Of a DNA stretch of 64,000 nt, positions 1-11,853 are shown piece after piece (positions within the stretch are counted from its first letter, which is position 1; each line of letters starts with the position of its first letter). This DNA is from Asterias rubens (Eukaryota): positions 8,556,001 to 8,620,000 of the forward strand of contig NC_047083.1 in the NCBI RefSeq assembly GCF_902459465.1. The letters are read 5' to 3'. The notes beneath the pieces were generated by a model, which was not told the DNA's origin, made no database searches, and saw only the letters and a program-made list of their open reading frames with translations. A program made the position numbers and the translations under genes.

Positions 1-294
1 AATAATATTGCTTAGCAGAAAAAGGTTGTCAGCCGAAACAACATAAGGTTTACATTTGTGTGGCTGGTGCCCGACTCAATTTTTGCTTAGCAAAGAAATT
101 TTTAAAGCAGTATCTTATGACACATTGTTTTGTACATTGTTTAGTCGTTTAGCCTTTGAGAAAGATTCTGCAATGGTCAAAACGTCAGGCATTTAAACCG
201 TAGGTCCTTGTGGTTGGTAAGCAGTTTGCAATAGCTACTTTTATTTTCTCATAATAATTTGGATAAGCAGGCTTTTGAGTCATAGTGTAGTATG

Positions 295-520
295 TACGCT
301 TTTGTTTATCCTGGCCGTCTTAGAATGGATTGTTGTCCCTTCCTCTTCCTTCCTCCACCATCCCGTACCTGTCCTGTACCCTTTTGTCTAATACCGCTCC
401 TCTAGTTACCCTGTATTTAAGTTACCTTTTTTGAAGTCTTATTATCCTTTGTTTTACTTGTATGGATTTGTTTTTGACACTGGCCGAATAAATAATAATA
501 ATAATAATAATAATAATAGT
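295..520 (+). mobile_element. 3' UTR and tail remnant of a CR1/L2-group LINE (or a SINE sharing its tail)
   Basis: Ends in GGCCGAATAAA(TAA)n and shares the motif CCTGGCC(A/G)TCTTAGAATGG with the 3' UTR of the LINE at 51300-53645. Confidence 0.6.
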
Positions 521-530
521 AACTACTCAC

Positions 531-3500
531 CCTTTTTGTTGTGACATGCTTAAGACTCTTGCGTTATGGTGATTGAACCTCTTGATTATCGATGCGTTGA
601 TGAGATGGTTGGTGGCCTGAGACCTCGGCCCCTCTTTCTTAGACCCGTATCCCTAGAGTAGAAAAATCAAAATGTCAAGCCACGTCTCAGGCCAGCGGTG
701 GATTTCACGAAACGCTAGGATTAATCCTCGAGTTAGAACGAGTAACTCCTCCTAACTTAGGATGGGTTCAATGTGTCCTAACGTCTATGGATATGGAACT
801 TGACTCATCCTAAGTCCTAAGATTAATCCTAAGTTAGGAAAAGTTTGGTTGAAATCGATGGCTGGAATTTCATCTTTGAGAGGGCAAGATCATTTTCATT
901 CACAACGTTATATTAGTAATAATAACAGTAACCAGTTTTTATACAGCACTTTTCAACCAGAGAGAAGTTTAAAAGCACTTCCGACATTATTTTCCCTGGT
1001 CACTGTGCGTAATTCATTTCTTAAACCATCTCAGCTACCTGAGGAGTAAACAGCCTATGCAACAAAGATGTGCTACAAAGCTAAATCAATCACAAGGACT
1101 ATCTCTGCCCTCACAGGTACCCATTTACCCCTGGGTGGAGAGAAGCAATTATAGTTAAGTGTCTTGCTCAGGGACACAACCGGGACTCGAACCCACACTC
1201 TGCTGAACAGAAACACCAGAGCTTGAGTTTGGTGCTCTTATCCGCTCGGCCATGGCACCCCAAGTTAACACAATGGAATGTTTTTATATATGATTCGGCC
1301 GTCCATTCCAACCAGCGCGTTGTTTATCAACAATGAAAAGGTCTATATAATAGTAGGCTGCCAATAATTAAGGGTACCAGTCTACTTACGTCATCTATTA
1401 AGGTATTGTCGGACAAACCCTCGATATTTAGCAGTGGGTCGCTTCTTGTCAAGTTGGCTTCTTCCTTCATCTCTGAAAGCACAGATAAAGAAAGAAAAAA
1501 TTGAATGACCAACCACAAGTGAGACTGACTAACTTTAAATGATTCAGGATTGTATAGCCATTTTGTTGCAGCATGAAGGTATATCAAAGCAAATTTCCAC
1601 ACATGACGTGAAGGTATTGTCAGTGTGACACACAACGTCAACGGCAAATGTATTCCAAGTTAAGCTTGGGCGATATCGATTTATTTTATTCACGATATAT
1701 CGCCGACAATATGTCGCGATATTCGATATAATCGCGATTAATGAAATTTGACATCATCAGTCTTAAAACTCCAAGTGAAAGTTGTAGAAGAGACAGTAAT
1801 GGCATAAGAGAGGTGTTCTAATGACCTATTCTTCTGGTTTTACTCCAAACCTATGGGGTGCAAGATGTCTCAGCTAGCAAATACATCGCGATATTTAATC
1901 GATATATATCGCGATATATCGATATTTCGATTAAAACCAAATCCATCCGATATCGAAATCATCTCCAAATTAATATCGCGATATTTGATAATATCGTGAT
2001 ATCGCCCAAGCTTATGTATTTCAAGTTTTTCAAAACCTTGAGGTTGGGGCCTGTTTGTTGAATTGATAATTACGAAACATTTAGAAGTGTACAAAATATC
2101 AAAATTACATTTAAATGATAAACAAACATATTAAAAACAACTTTAAATAGCATTCCCCCAAAACAAACTTTTACCAAGTACATGTAGCTCACAAAGAAAG
2201 CTTAGTGAGCAGTATTTCAACAAACCTTTTTCATCGTCGTTGGCACACTCGGTGAAGATGTCCTTCTGACTCCCGTGGATTCTGTCTCGATGGAAATACT
2301 GTGACTGGAAAAAGCGCGTCCAGAATTCCTTCTCGGCCATGTTCTGTGGGACATTCTCAGCGTGCTTCTTGCGCACTGCGAGAACAAGAAAGAAAAAAAT
2401 TAGTCTCAGTATTGTTTGAAGCTTTACATGGTGTGGATAAATAGGAAGAAACTATAAATAAATAGTAAACTTGCGGGTACAACCATGTGTAAATCTCTTA
2501 GGGTGAGTGTTGGCTCTAAAAAGAGCCGGTTGGGTCTCGACGTTTCGCACAGTATACTCTGCTCTGTCTCAGGGGAAACATTCACTGGCTCTTTTCAGAG
2601 CCAACACTCCCACAAAAGAGATTTTCACATGGTTGTACACGCAAGTTTCCTATTGATTTCTAGTTTCTTCTTAAATCAGTCTAAATTAAAATGAAGTATT
2701 TGTTACATGACGTGAATCACCAATGAAAAGCACATCCGAGTTTGCCTGTGAAAAACTTGGGGCGGTAGTCACCAGTTTGGGAATGAGCAGTTTTCAACAG
2801 GATCTTACTTATCTGATCAAAAGTTTTTGATACGCAATTAAGAATTACAAACAAAAAATTATTTTGAGACATTGTTTTACTCATTTCTCAAAAAAACAGC
2901 ACCTCTGCTGGTAATATTTTAAGGAAACCGTTCTACCATTCAAACCGTGTAAGTTTAATGTTAATCTGTGGACATGGTGTTTTGTGTCGTACAAAAAGTA
3001 CCCAAACCTTTTAAGAGAAAATTCTACAGCCAGTACCTGTTGGATATATTCTGAAGATTGCTTCAATAATATCTGCTGTTAGGTTATACTTGACCCCATT
3101 GCAGCCATCGGTCTGTGGTTTAATATCGGATAAGAATGCCGCCGATACCCCAACGCCCTGCGGGACTGTTGAAGAATTGCTACTACCACTCGGCTCTTTT
3201 GGTTTGACCTAGGCAAAAGGAAAAGAGAAACACAATTTGCTTTTAGAGAAATCTAGAGACCTAGCTGCATTTCCCTTTAGTGCTGTGGAAACCCATCGTT
3301 GGAGCATGGATGATCTTCCCGTCAATCTAAGAAATTGTGATTCAGTATTACTAGGTGACAATACTTCTTCTCTGTATGATTCGAACCAACAACCTTGTGA
3401 TTGCAAGTTTTGCAGTCTAACCACTGGACCACGGTGACTTCTGGCACTTGGAGCAGGGGCAGGAGGAGACTCACCTACGTCTATTAGTTGAAGAAGGTTG

Positions 3501-5340
3501 CAGCCCAACAAGACACTGCAGACCTAAAATCTCATCTTTGAGAATGCAAGGCTATTTTCATTTGACATGACAAAGGTCACTCTAATGGAAACCTTTGAAG
3601 GGACAACTGAGGCCATCTTCTGTAGGGATTTTCTACTTGTGCAAGCATTGTAGTTTCTTCTTTTTAAAGAGGGAGATTAAAGTTGGTTAGTCTTATGTCC
3701 TTACTGAGGAATTGGAGAACACCTCTTACCATGGACTTGCGGTTGGCCCAAAACTCATCTGCCGTCATCACCTTGCTGATGACGAGATCCTTGTACAGCT
3801 GGAACAACTCGGGGTCGTCCTGCAAGATCCGATTCTTCTCCTCCAGCTCCTTGTTGACCATGTGCCTGAACTTTGGCAGGAGCTGCTGGAGAAGCTCCTT
3901 GACGACGGCTCTGTCCCGCGTCTGAGCGGGAGGGCCTTCTCGGTTTGCAAAGTGGAACTTGCTGCTCTTGCCGTCGTGTAGGACGATCTGGAGCTGGACT
4001 TTAATGCTGGTTTCTTGGCTGATTTTTTGTTCTTCATGGAGAAAACAAAAGAAGTCCAAAATAGTCTCACACGAGGTAAATTTTACTTGAAACTTGGCAT
4101 GCTTAAAGCCATTGGACCCTTTCGGTTCAGAAAAAGAAAAAAAAGTTCACAGATTTGGTGAAAGACTTCTCTTAAAATATTATTCCATGAAATGCTGTAC
4201 ATTTTGAGAAGACAGCAAAACAATATAAATTCTCGTTAACGAGAATTACGGATTTATTTTAAACACATGTCATGACACGGCGAAAAGCGCGGAAACAAGG
4301 GTGGGATTTTCCGTTGTTTTCTCCCGACTCCGATGACCGATTGAGCCTAAATTTTCACAGGTTTGTTATTTCATACAGAAGTTGTGGTACACAAAGTGTG
4401 GGCCTTTGGACAACACTGTTTACTGAAAGTGTCCAATGGCTTTAAGACCAGGAATTTCATCTTTTAGGGGATGTCCCTTATCCAAACATATAATTGCTTG
4501 AATTTCCTTGAATCATGGTACAACCATACAACCAAGCAGTAAACGGGTTAAAGTTTCATACTGTCAGCCTAATGCCTGCTTTGGTTAGGACAAGGGTTAA
4601 GTTTGTAGCTAGACCAATTTTAGTGGTGGGCAGTAAATCAAGTATTTTCAAAGTCCAGGGCCCAATTTCATAAAGCCTGTAAGCACAAAAATTTGCTTAG
4701 CATGACATTTCTTCCTTAATAAAAACAGGATTTTCAACCAAATTTTCACATGATTTTCAGGATAAGCAAACAACAGCTGAGTGCCAGTAAAAAGCAATAT
4801 GCAACAAATTAAAATTTGGTTGGTAATCTTGTTTTTTATCAAGAAAGAAAATCATGCTAAGCAAATTTGTGTGTTTACAGGCTTTATGAAATTGGGTCCA
4901 GGCATTTCAGGTTTCCAAACTGTTCCTATTATGGGGCCATGCAATAAGTTGAATGACCTTTTGACTGTGTTCTTTCTCTGTGACACTTGATGCTCCTTAT
5001 CATTAGCTATGTCTCAGACTAACCCACATTGGATAACATTTTGAAATCTGTGCAGGGCAGCTCAATGTAAACTGCTCAGTCAGAGTGCTGGGCAAAAATT
5101 GTGAGTCTTGGGTAGGGCCACCCAGCACCGACCACCGTTGCTACAACACTGGTTATGACGAGACAACTCCATTGTTTATAACTTACGTTTGACGTCTCTG
5201 TAGTGGTGACTCACAGCAAAGTAGTCCTTGTTGTCATCCTGCCAGGCAAGGCGCTCCGCCATGAGATACAACGACCCATCACTCTTGTGGAGACGGACCT
5301 GGTTGATGATGAGCAGCACCTCCTCTGAAGATGTCGCCAT
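531..5340 (-). CDS. GTF2H1: General transcription factor IIH subunit 1 (p62), 5' part; further exons lie left of the window
   Basis: Coding exons 5340-5187, 4031-3730, 3208-3037, 2375-2226, 1472-1390, 652-531, all GT-AG and phase-consistent. Translation [115 protein letters not shown] matches the recalled vertebrate p62 PH and BSD domains. Confidence 0.96.
1040..1260 (-). mobile_element. tRNA-derived SINE with a conserved central core
   Basis: Minus strand reads A-box TGGCCGAGCGG, B-box GGTTCGAGTCC, then CTGAGCAAGACACTT..CCACCCAGGGGTAAATGGGTACC. Related degenerate copies at about 16505-16620 (+), 48530-48640 (-) and 56880-56920 (+). Confidence 0.7.
1661..2014. mobile_element. Non-autonomous TIR element rich in CGATAT/ATCG repeats (hAT-like)
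   Basis: Terminal inverted repeats TAAGCTTGGGCGATATC / GATATCGCCCAAGCTTA with many subterminal CGATAT motifs. Confidence 0.7.
2498..2640. mobile_element. Penelope-like element end, with an inverted arrangement
   Basis: Motif CTGAAGACGAGCAGAGTATACTGTTCGAAACGTCGAGACC..GGCTCTTTTCAGAGCCAACAC resembles Penelope 3' ends and occurs here in opposite orientations. Related remnants at about 8300-8378, 16650-16750, 36915-37020 and 47575-47650. Confidence 0.5.
3290..3440 (-). mobile_element. Degenerate tRNA-derived SINE head
   Basis: Minus strand GTGGTCCAGTGGTTAGACTGC..AAGGTTGTTGGTTCGAATC gives A and B boxes but no complete cloverleaf. Confidence 0.5.
4108..4441. mobile_element. Kolobok-type MITE family B (TTAA TSD, AGCC termini)
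   Basis: TTAA|AGCCATTGGAC..GTCCAATGGCT|TTAA. Further copies at about 13941-14309, 33528-33889, 43193-43550 and 55920-56280. Confidence 0.75.
4659..4898. mobile_element. PIF/Harbinger-type MITE (CWG TSD)
   Basis: CAG|GGCCCAATTTCAT..ATGAAATTGGGTC|CAG. Relatives at 10885-11128 (CTG TSD), 26251-26474 (CAG TSD), 34328-34578 and about 28485-28708. Confidence 0.75.
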
Positions 5341-5695
5341 TTTACTCCCTTGATAAAAAAAGAAGGGGAAAAAGGTCACAAGTCATTGTGTCATAGTTTC
5401 ATGGATCCCCTTTTTACTCTTTATAAATTTATTAAATTGGCACTGTATGGACTGGACCTACTCCTGGAACGACCAAGGTTCGTTCCGCTAATATAGCGGA
5501 ACGAACCTCATAGTTCTAGGAGAAGAGTGGACCAGCGCTGCACATGCACATTAATTTTTTTCCTTGCCGTTATATCCTGCCTTACGCTGTTACGGACATT
5601 GCCGAGTACCACATACATGTATGCCATGGAACAGAAGTAGAAGTGTCAATCAGGGCTTGAATTTGATGGGGGAAATCCACTTTAAAACTGGACAA

Positions 5696-6147
5696 GGGTC
5701 CTACTACTTGCCGTCAACTCGCCGTCAACTCACTTGCGCCGTCAACTCGCCGTCAACTCCTCCAATATACATTTAAAATCCACAAAAGAAGCATAGAACT
5801 GTAAAGTATCAGCTCAAAGAGCATTCGCGTAAGTTTTAGGTCATATTTCGGAATAAAAATTGATTTTTTTTCTCGTGAAAAAAAATTCTCGAAGCCAAAA
5901 AACTGCAGGCCGCCATCTTGCTTTTTCACAATGATTAGTCTTGGCCCAAGCTGCAATGATTGGTACTTTTTTTTTAATCAACACAAAGTCGTTTTGTGAA
6001 TGAATTTGTACCGAAAACCTTGAGAAATATGTAGTTTAGCCCAGACTTAACACTTCCGTGCCCCCTTTTTATAGATTTTTCATGTAAATTTAATGAGTTG
6101 ACGGCACGAAAATGAGTTGACGGCGAGTTGACGAAGTAGTAGGACCG
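5696..6147. mobile_element. Non-autonomous DNA transposon with an 8-bp TSD (hAT/P-like)
   Basis: TIR GGTCCTACTAC with subterminal CCGTCAACTC repeats; perfect CTGGACAA duplication at 5688-5695 and 6148-6155. Confidence 0.8.
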
Positions 6148-6668
6148 CTGGACAATAGTCTAATTATTTTTTGCAAGACACAGTTTAGCATGCATTTTTG
6201 GTTTTACCTTTTGTATTTGAACAAGCACAATAATTAATAAAAAACATCAGGCCTGTTCCCTATTCACAAAGACACTATCGCCAATCCGCTTGGATGATTT
6301 TGCTGTTATGAAAATGAAGTGAATTCTGAATGATTGATGATAGTGAATGGCCATCAAATTCAAAATCAAAAAAGCGATTGTTGTTGGAATTGGAATTTAC
6401 AGGAAAATGGGGCTTCTCCCCAAAGTCAAGTATCATATGTAAGGCCAAATAAAATGAGTGCTTCCGGTTACCCTATTTTTGCTTACTTACAGCAATAGTA
6501 ATAGTTATTAAGGAATTTTATTTATTAAATTTAGAGAGTTAATGGTATTTTGCCCAATTTACGGACAATTAAAACTTCAGTGACTTTTTTCAAACCCCGA
6601 TTATCTTCCAGTAGTGTTATCTTCATTATCTTTCGTGAATTAACCAAAACTAGTCTTACAATATTACC

Positions 6669-6930
6669 TTCAGTAAGCTATCTTTGTGACAACAACATTA
6701 GAACTTCCATAGTTCATTCACATTGCGAAGTTATTTCGCTGACGATGTTTCCGACAGAAAATGCAAAAAATAATAATAAAAAACATGCGTGTGTCACGAA
6801 ATGACTAGCGCCCTCTCTTGGTAAGTAATGCTTAATGCGCCAATGTTTAAGGAGGGGCGTGTCTGGGAGAGGCTTTGGGGGGGGTGTTACCGACAGATTA
6901 TTATTCACCAAACCCATCACGGAACGAATT
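6669..6930 (-). promoter_or_regulatory. Probable GTF2H1 promoter and non-coding first exon
   Basis: The ATG exon has an acceptor 8 nt upstream of the ATG, so a 5' UTR exon must exist. There is a candidate donor (GAAG|GTAATA) near 6669, a CpG-enriched patch with a GC-box-like GGGGCGTGTC, and a CTCF-like GCGCCCTCTCTTGG at 6808-6821. Confidence 0.4.
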
Positions 6931-7029
6931 CAAACTGAGGGGGACTAAAGGTTTTTTATTGGTAGTAAAAATATAACATAGACGATATTTCGTATGATTA
7001 ATTTAATATTGCATGCGTAATAACCACCG

Positions 7030-7214
7030 TAGACTTGTGGTAGTCGAGTTGCGGCGGTGCTATGGCAAGATCACTGCTCTCGCGCGGACTGCTGGTTGCC
7101 GACTTCTACTCCCCATTGTAGTCGTGACAGCAGTAGTAGAGTACCGCGGGAATCGCGGGGAGAGTCGGAACGCTATCAACGCGACAGACATTTAACGACT
7201 TGTCCACAAGTCTA
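7030..7214. mobile_element. MULE-like MITE (TAGACTTG TIR, 9-bp TSD)
   Basis: TAACCACCG|TAGACTTGTGG..CCACAAGTCTA|TAAGCACCG (8/9 match). Related copy in the opposite orientation at 46123-46363. Confidence 0.7.
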
Positions 7215-8531
7215 TAAGCACCGTGGCCCCTAATCCACCCCATCCTTTAAAAAATAAAATCATCAATGGAAATGATTATTTCGGTAATGTTTCGGTACAT
7301 TTGAATTGTCCAAAATTATATATCTTTACCCCAGAGTGCTGGCCAATGCAAAATGTCTGACATGGCACTCAGAACCGGGTTGGGGGGGGGGGGGTGTTCT
7401 ATAGGCATTTCCAAGGCCTGGAGCTACTCACCACAAAAAATAATAGCGGTAGGATTTGAAACTATGCACCAAATAATCTTTCCTTTTGCCAGAACCACCA
7501 GCTCTTTTTAGAACCATCACTTACTAATAGAGATTTTCACATAGTGTTACCAAAAGTGAAAATTATTTTTCTATGCGATAATGAAATTGATTTAGTGACT
7601 TTTTGAAACAAACAACCGTGTTTGTTTACAAAGACCACAAATCTTTCCGTCAGATGTGGTTCATGTTTCAATGGCAGACTATGAGTTATTGTTGACTGGT
7701 CGTCAGAAATGTGTTGTTCAGACACACACACACAACCCGGTCCATGCACTGAACACTAGTGGTAATTACTCAAAATAGTGGTTAGCATAAAAACTGACTT
7801 GGTAACGAGTAATGGAGAGCTGTTGATAATATATAACATTGTGTCAGAAACGGCTCAATCTGAAGTAACGTAGTTTTAGAGAAAGAAGTTATTTTCCATG
7901 AATTTGATTTCGGGACCTCAGAATGAGATTTTGAGGTCTCGTATTCAAGCATCTGAAAGCATACAACTTCGTGTAACATTTTCATCTCGCAACTTCGACG
8001 ACCAATTTTAGCTCAAATTTTCACAGGTTTGTTATTTTTTGTGTATCTTATGTTGAGATACACAAAGTGAGAAGACTTGTCTTTGACCATCACCAAAGGT
8101 GCCCAGTGTCTTTAAAGATCGTGATTGGTAGGATAACAATAGTTTGACCATAGCAAAATTTCAGAATAAAAATTTCTCCAAACTTGTTTCAGAAGGGGCT
8201 GGGACACAAACAGTATAAAGGAAAGTAGGATTTGTAACTTTGCATGGTGGAAAAACGATATAGAAAGGTTTGCGGTACGACCATGTAATGACTATCTCTA
8301 ATGGGTTGGGGTGGTTCTGAAAAGAACCGTTGGTTTCAACTCGACGTTTCAATCAGTATGCTCTGATCGTCTTCTGGAAAAAGTATAAAGGGATATCAAT
8401 ATTTTTTCCCCATTTTGTTTTTCTTTCCTTTTTACCCGTTTTCGATTGTCTCCAATCAGCAGATGGGCCGAACATAATAGGATTTAAACGACACAGCATG
8501 TGTCTGTCGTTAACAGTACCTGATAGTTTAA

Positions 8532-8888
8532 AGGCAGTGGACACTATCGGTAATTGTCAAAGACTAGCCTTGCATAAAATAACAAACCTGTGAAAATTTG
8601 AGCTCAATCGGTCATCGAAGTTGCGAGATAATAATGAAAGGAAAAATAAAACCCTTGTCACACGAAGTTGTGTTCGTTTAGATGGTTGATTTCGAGACCT
8701 CAAGTTCTAAACTTGAGGTCTCGAAATCAAATTCGTGGAAAATTACTTCTTTCTCGAAAACTATGGCACTTCAGAGGGAGCCGTTTCCCACAATGTTTTA
8801 TACCATCAACCTCTCTCAATTACTCGTCACCAAGAAAGGTTTTATGGCAATAATTATTTAGAGTAATTACCAATAGTGTCCACTGCCT
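8532..8888. mobile_element. Kolobok-type MITE family A (TTAA TSD, AGGC/AGAC termini), the most abundant repeat in the window
   Basis: TTAA|AGGCAGTGGACACTATTGGTAATT..AATTACCAATAGTGTCCACTGCCT|TTAA. Copies at about 7750-8112, 10076-10457, 13445-13819, 18555-18932, 30785-31143, 39101-39479, 40690-41063, 41852-42181 and 47100-47477, plus fragments at about 10460-10770, 11540-11640, 33000-33143 and 33940-34045. Confidence 0.85.
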
Positions 8889-9164
8889 TTAAAGTATAAA
8901 GTGTTATTTAATATAATTTATATTTCTGGCATGATATACTCAACTGCTGTCTTCGTGATTTACGGCTCGAGTCCAAGTCTATATTTTAATAGGGGACCTC
9001 AGCCACACTAGGGTGAGATTTATCGACAAAAGCTGTAATTTCAAACCTTTGTTTTGAAAATGTATAATAAACTATCAAAAATATTTATAGCGCGTCGACG
9101 TTTTAACGACGACAGCACCGTGCCATCATTGCCCTTTAAAACAATTGAACTCACAAACAATGTG

Positions 9165-9443
9165 TGTCATTAATGTCACCGATAACATTTTTACCCGTTT
9201 TTAATTGGTGGAAAGCCATCATTGCGTCATTATCATTTGCATATGAGCGCGTAGCAGGACCCCCACAATGTTGTGTGCCAATATTGCAAGCTGTCACCGA
9301 TACATTTTTTATCCGTTTCTATTGGTGGAAAGTCATTTTTTATCCCCTCATTTGCATACGAGCGCGTGGGATGACCACCTGTTCTTCTATTGAGCAGCCA
9401 ATCACAAGAATGAAGGGTTTACATTGAACAACAGGTATAAATA
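9165..9443 (+). promoter_or_regulatory. Kunitz gene A promoter: two CCAAT/TGCGTCA/octamer modules plus TATA box
   Basis: ATTTGCAT at 9235 and 9350, ATTGG in each unit, TGCGTCA in the first unit, TATAAATA at 9436. A non-coding exon 1 ends at a GTAAGT donor at 9532. Confidence 0.65.
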
Positions 9444-10788
9444 GCCAGACTTCATGACTTGAAATTATTTCATCTGCCGAAGCTACCAGTCGTGTATTGA
9501 TAACTGTCTCAGCTCTGACATCGAGAAAAGTGTAAGTAACATCTTAATGCAATGCTCTTCCATAACCTTAGACTAGTATAATAGTTAGTAGACACTTTCT
9601 CCAGCCTCAAAACTAACTTGAAATTTCACTTGTTCAGTTTATGTTTTAAGTGCAATCGTTAGCTGAGTTTGTTTTTATGTAGGAATCCTTTCTGCCAAAC
9701 ATGGCAATGTACAATTTTTCATTATCATTATCATTGTTTGATTGTTTATAAATTTGTATAGCCCTAATACCCATTTTTCGTTTTTGTGTAATTATTTTAC
9801 CAAAAATCACCAAAACTTTATCATCGTTCAAAAGCATTTACGACAAAAACTTTAATTCTAAGCAAGACGATATGAGTTTTTGAGGAACGTGCGTAAAAGC
9901 CAAGTTCAATCACCGAACCTTTGCATAAATCTTTATAGGCAGTGGACACGTTTGATTGTCAAAGCCCACTATCCAAACATTATGAATAAAATAACAAACC
10001 TGTGCAAATTGTTTGAGCAATATTGGCCATAAGTTGCAAGAGAATATAGAAAAAGGAAAAACATTCCCGGGTTAAAGGCAGTAGACACTATTGGTAATTA
10101 CTCAAAATAATTATTAGCACGAAACCTTTCTTGGTAACGAGGGAGTAATGGGGAGAGGTTGGTAGTATAAAACATTGTGAGAAACGGCTCCCTCTGGAGT
10201 TACATAACTTTCGAGAAAGAAGTAATTTTCCACGGTTTTGATTTCGAGACCTCAAGTTTAGAATTTGAGGTCTCGAAATCAAGCATCTAAAAGCACACAA
10301 CTTCGTGTGACAAGGGTGTTTTTTCTTTCATAGTTATCTCGCAACTCCGACGACCAATCGAGCTCAAATTTTCAAAGGTTTGTTACTTTATTTATATGTT
10401 GATATACACCAAGTGAGAAGACTGGTGTTTGACAATTACCAATAGTGTCCACTGTCTTTAAGTGTGTGCTTTCAGATGCATAATAAATGGCTTCAGCGGA
10501 AGTCTTTGAGTAATACCTCTTTCGCAAAAACTACGTTACTTCAGAGGGAGTCGTTTCTCACAATGTTTTATCCTGTCACCAAACTACGTTACTTGAGAGG
10601 GAGTCGTTTCTCACAATGTTTTATCCTGTCACCAAATTACGTTACTTGAGAGGGAGTCGTTTCTCACAATGTTTTATCCTGTCACCAACTCTCCATTCAT
10701 TGTTACCAAGTAAGTTTTTATGCACACATTACTATTTTAAATGGTTACCAATAGTGTCCAGTGCCTTCAAAAACCTGGTCTTTACACT

Positions 10789-11285
10789 GGGTGCGTTCGA
10801 TGTCGACCCCGATCTGCCCCGGTACGTTTGTAAAGCTTTGACGTCATTACAGTGGCTCACCCGGGTCAGCCCCCCGAGTGCCCTGGGCCAAAATTCATAG
10901 AGCTGCTTAAGCACAAAATTTTGCTTAAGCAAAAAAATCCTTGCTTCGTATAATCAGATTACCAGCTAAGACTCCATTCAATTGTTATGCTAAGTAAACA
11001 ATAGCTAAATACCAGTCACAAGCAATGTATGTGGCATGACATTTTTGCCAGTAACATAATGTAAAATAAGCAAGCTATTTTCGTGCTTAAGCAAATATTT
11101 TGCTTAAGCAGCTCTATGAAATTGGCCCCTGCTTGTGAAGCTAGCGGGTCACTTGTGGCTGGCCCGAGAAGATGACGTCACCACGAGAGGGTGACTGATC
11201 GTCGATTAATAGCTCTTGTCTCGGGGGCTCTCACCCGAATGAGCACCGCGGGTCGACACGTCGGGGAAGCTTGTCGAACGCTCAC
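10789..11285. mobile_element. Palindromic GGGTGCGTTCG-terminal MITE interrupted by a Harbinger-type MITE
   Basis: Termini GGGTGCGTTCG..CGAACGC; the insert 10885-11128 has a CTG duplication. Other copies at 12764-13006, 16838-17084 and 19076-19228. Confidence 0.75.
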
Positions 11286-11329
11286 AAAGTAAAATCTCTC
11301 AATAAATTCACTTCCAGATCACCTCCATT

Positions 11330-11853
11330 ATGAAAGTCTTGTGTGCCACCGCTACTCTTCTCTTGCTTGTTGGTCTGTTTGCTCAAACCATCATGGAATC
11401 TGACGCTTCAAGTAAGTATTGAAAGAGGGCGCCCTATACTGAAATTACATCGTGTGCAAAGACCTTTTTCGCAAAATAACTGTGGAGGTGCATGCTGGTG
11501 GTCTCTACCAGCATGCAGCTTACATCAGAGGGAGCCGTTTCTCACAATGTTTTCATATTATCAACAGTTCTCCACTGCTAGCTACAAAGTTAGTTTTTAG
11601 TGTAACAAAACAGTATTGAGCAATAACCAATAACGTGTCCATGCAGGGCCTATAAATAAATAAAAAAATTATGGGTCCATTTTTCTTTGCAGATGTTTGC
11701 AGCCAACAAATTGAAACAGGACCTTGCAGAGGGAGTTTTCCTAGCTGGGGATTCGCGCGTGGTACATGCGTGGAGTTTACCTACGGTGGCTGCGGCGGTA
11801 CTGACAACCGATTCGACACCGAGGCCGATTGCGAAGCCGAATGTGTCCACTAG
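11330..11853 (+). CDS. Secreted single-domain Kunitz/BPTI-type inhibitor (gene A, 80 aa)
   Basis: Exon 11330-11411 encodes the signal peptide MKVLCATATLLLLVGLFAQTIMESDAS; a phase-1 GT-AG intron joins exon 11693-11853, NVCSQQIETGPCRGSFPSWGFARGTCVEFTYGGCGGTDNRFDTEADCEAECVH*. Six Cys, FxYGGC and NxF motifs present. Confidence 0.9.

Noticed and set aside
5700-5760. Short direct repeats GCCGTCAACTC resembling a CRISPR array
   Set aside because: No unique spacers; these are subterminal repeats of a eukaryotic DNA transposon.
8668-8853. Recurrent short ORFs of the type MCxFRxLISRPQVLNLRSRNQ and MxDFETSxSKxEVSKSNSWKITSF
   Set aside because: These are translations of the Kolobok-type MITE family A, not a protein family.
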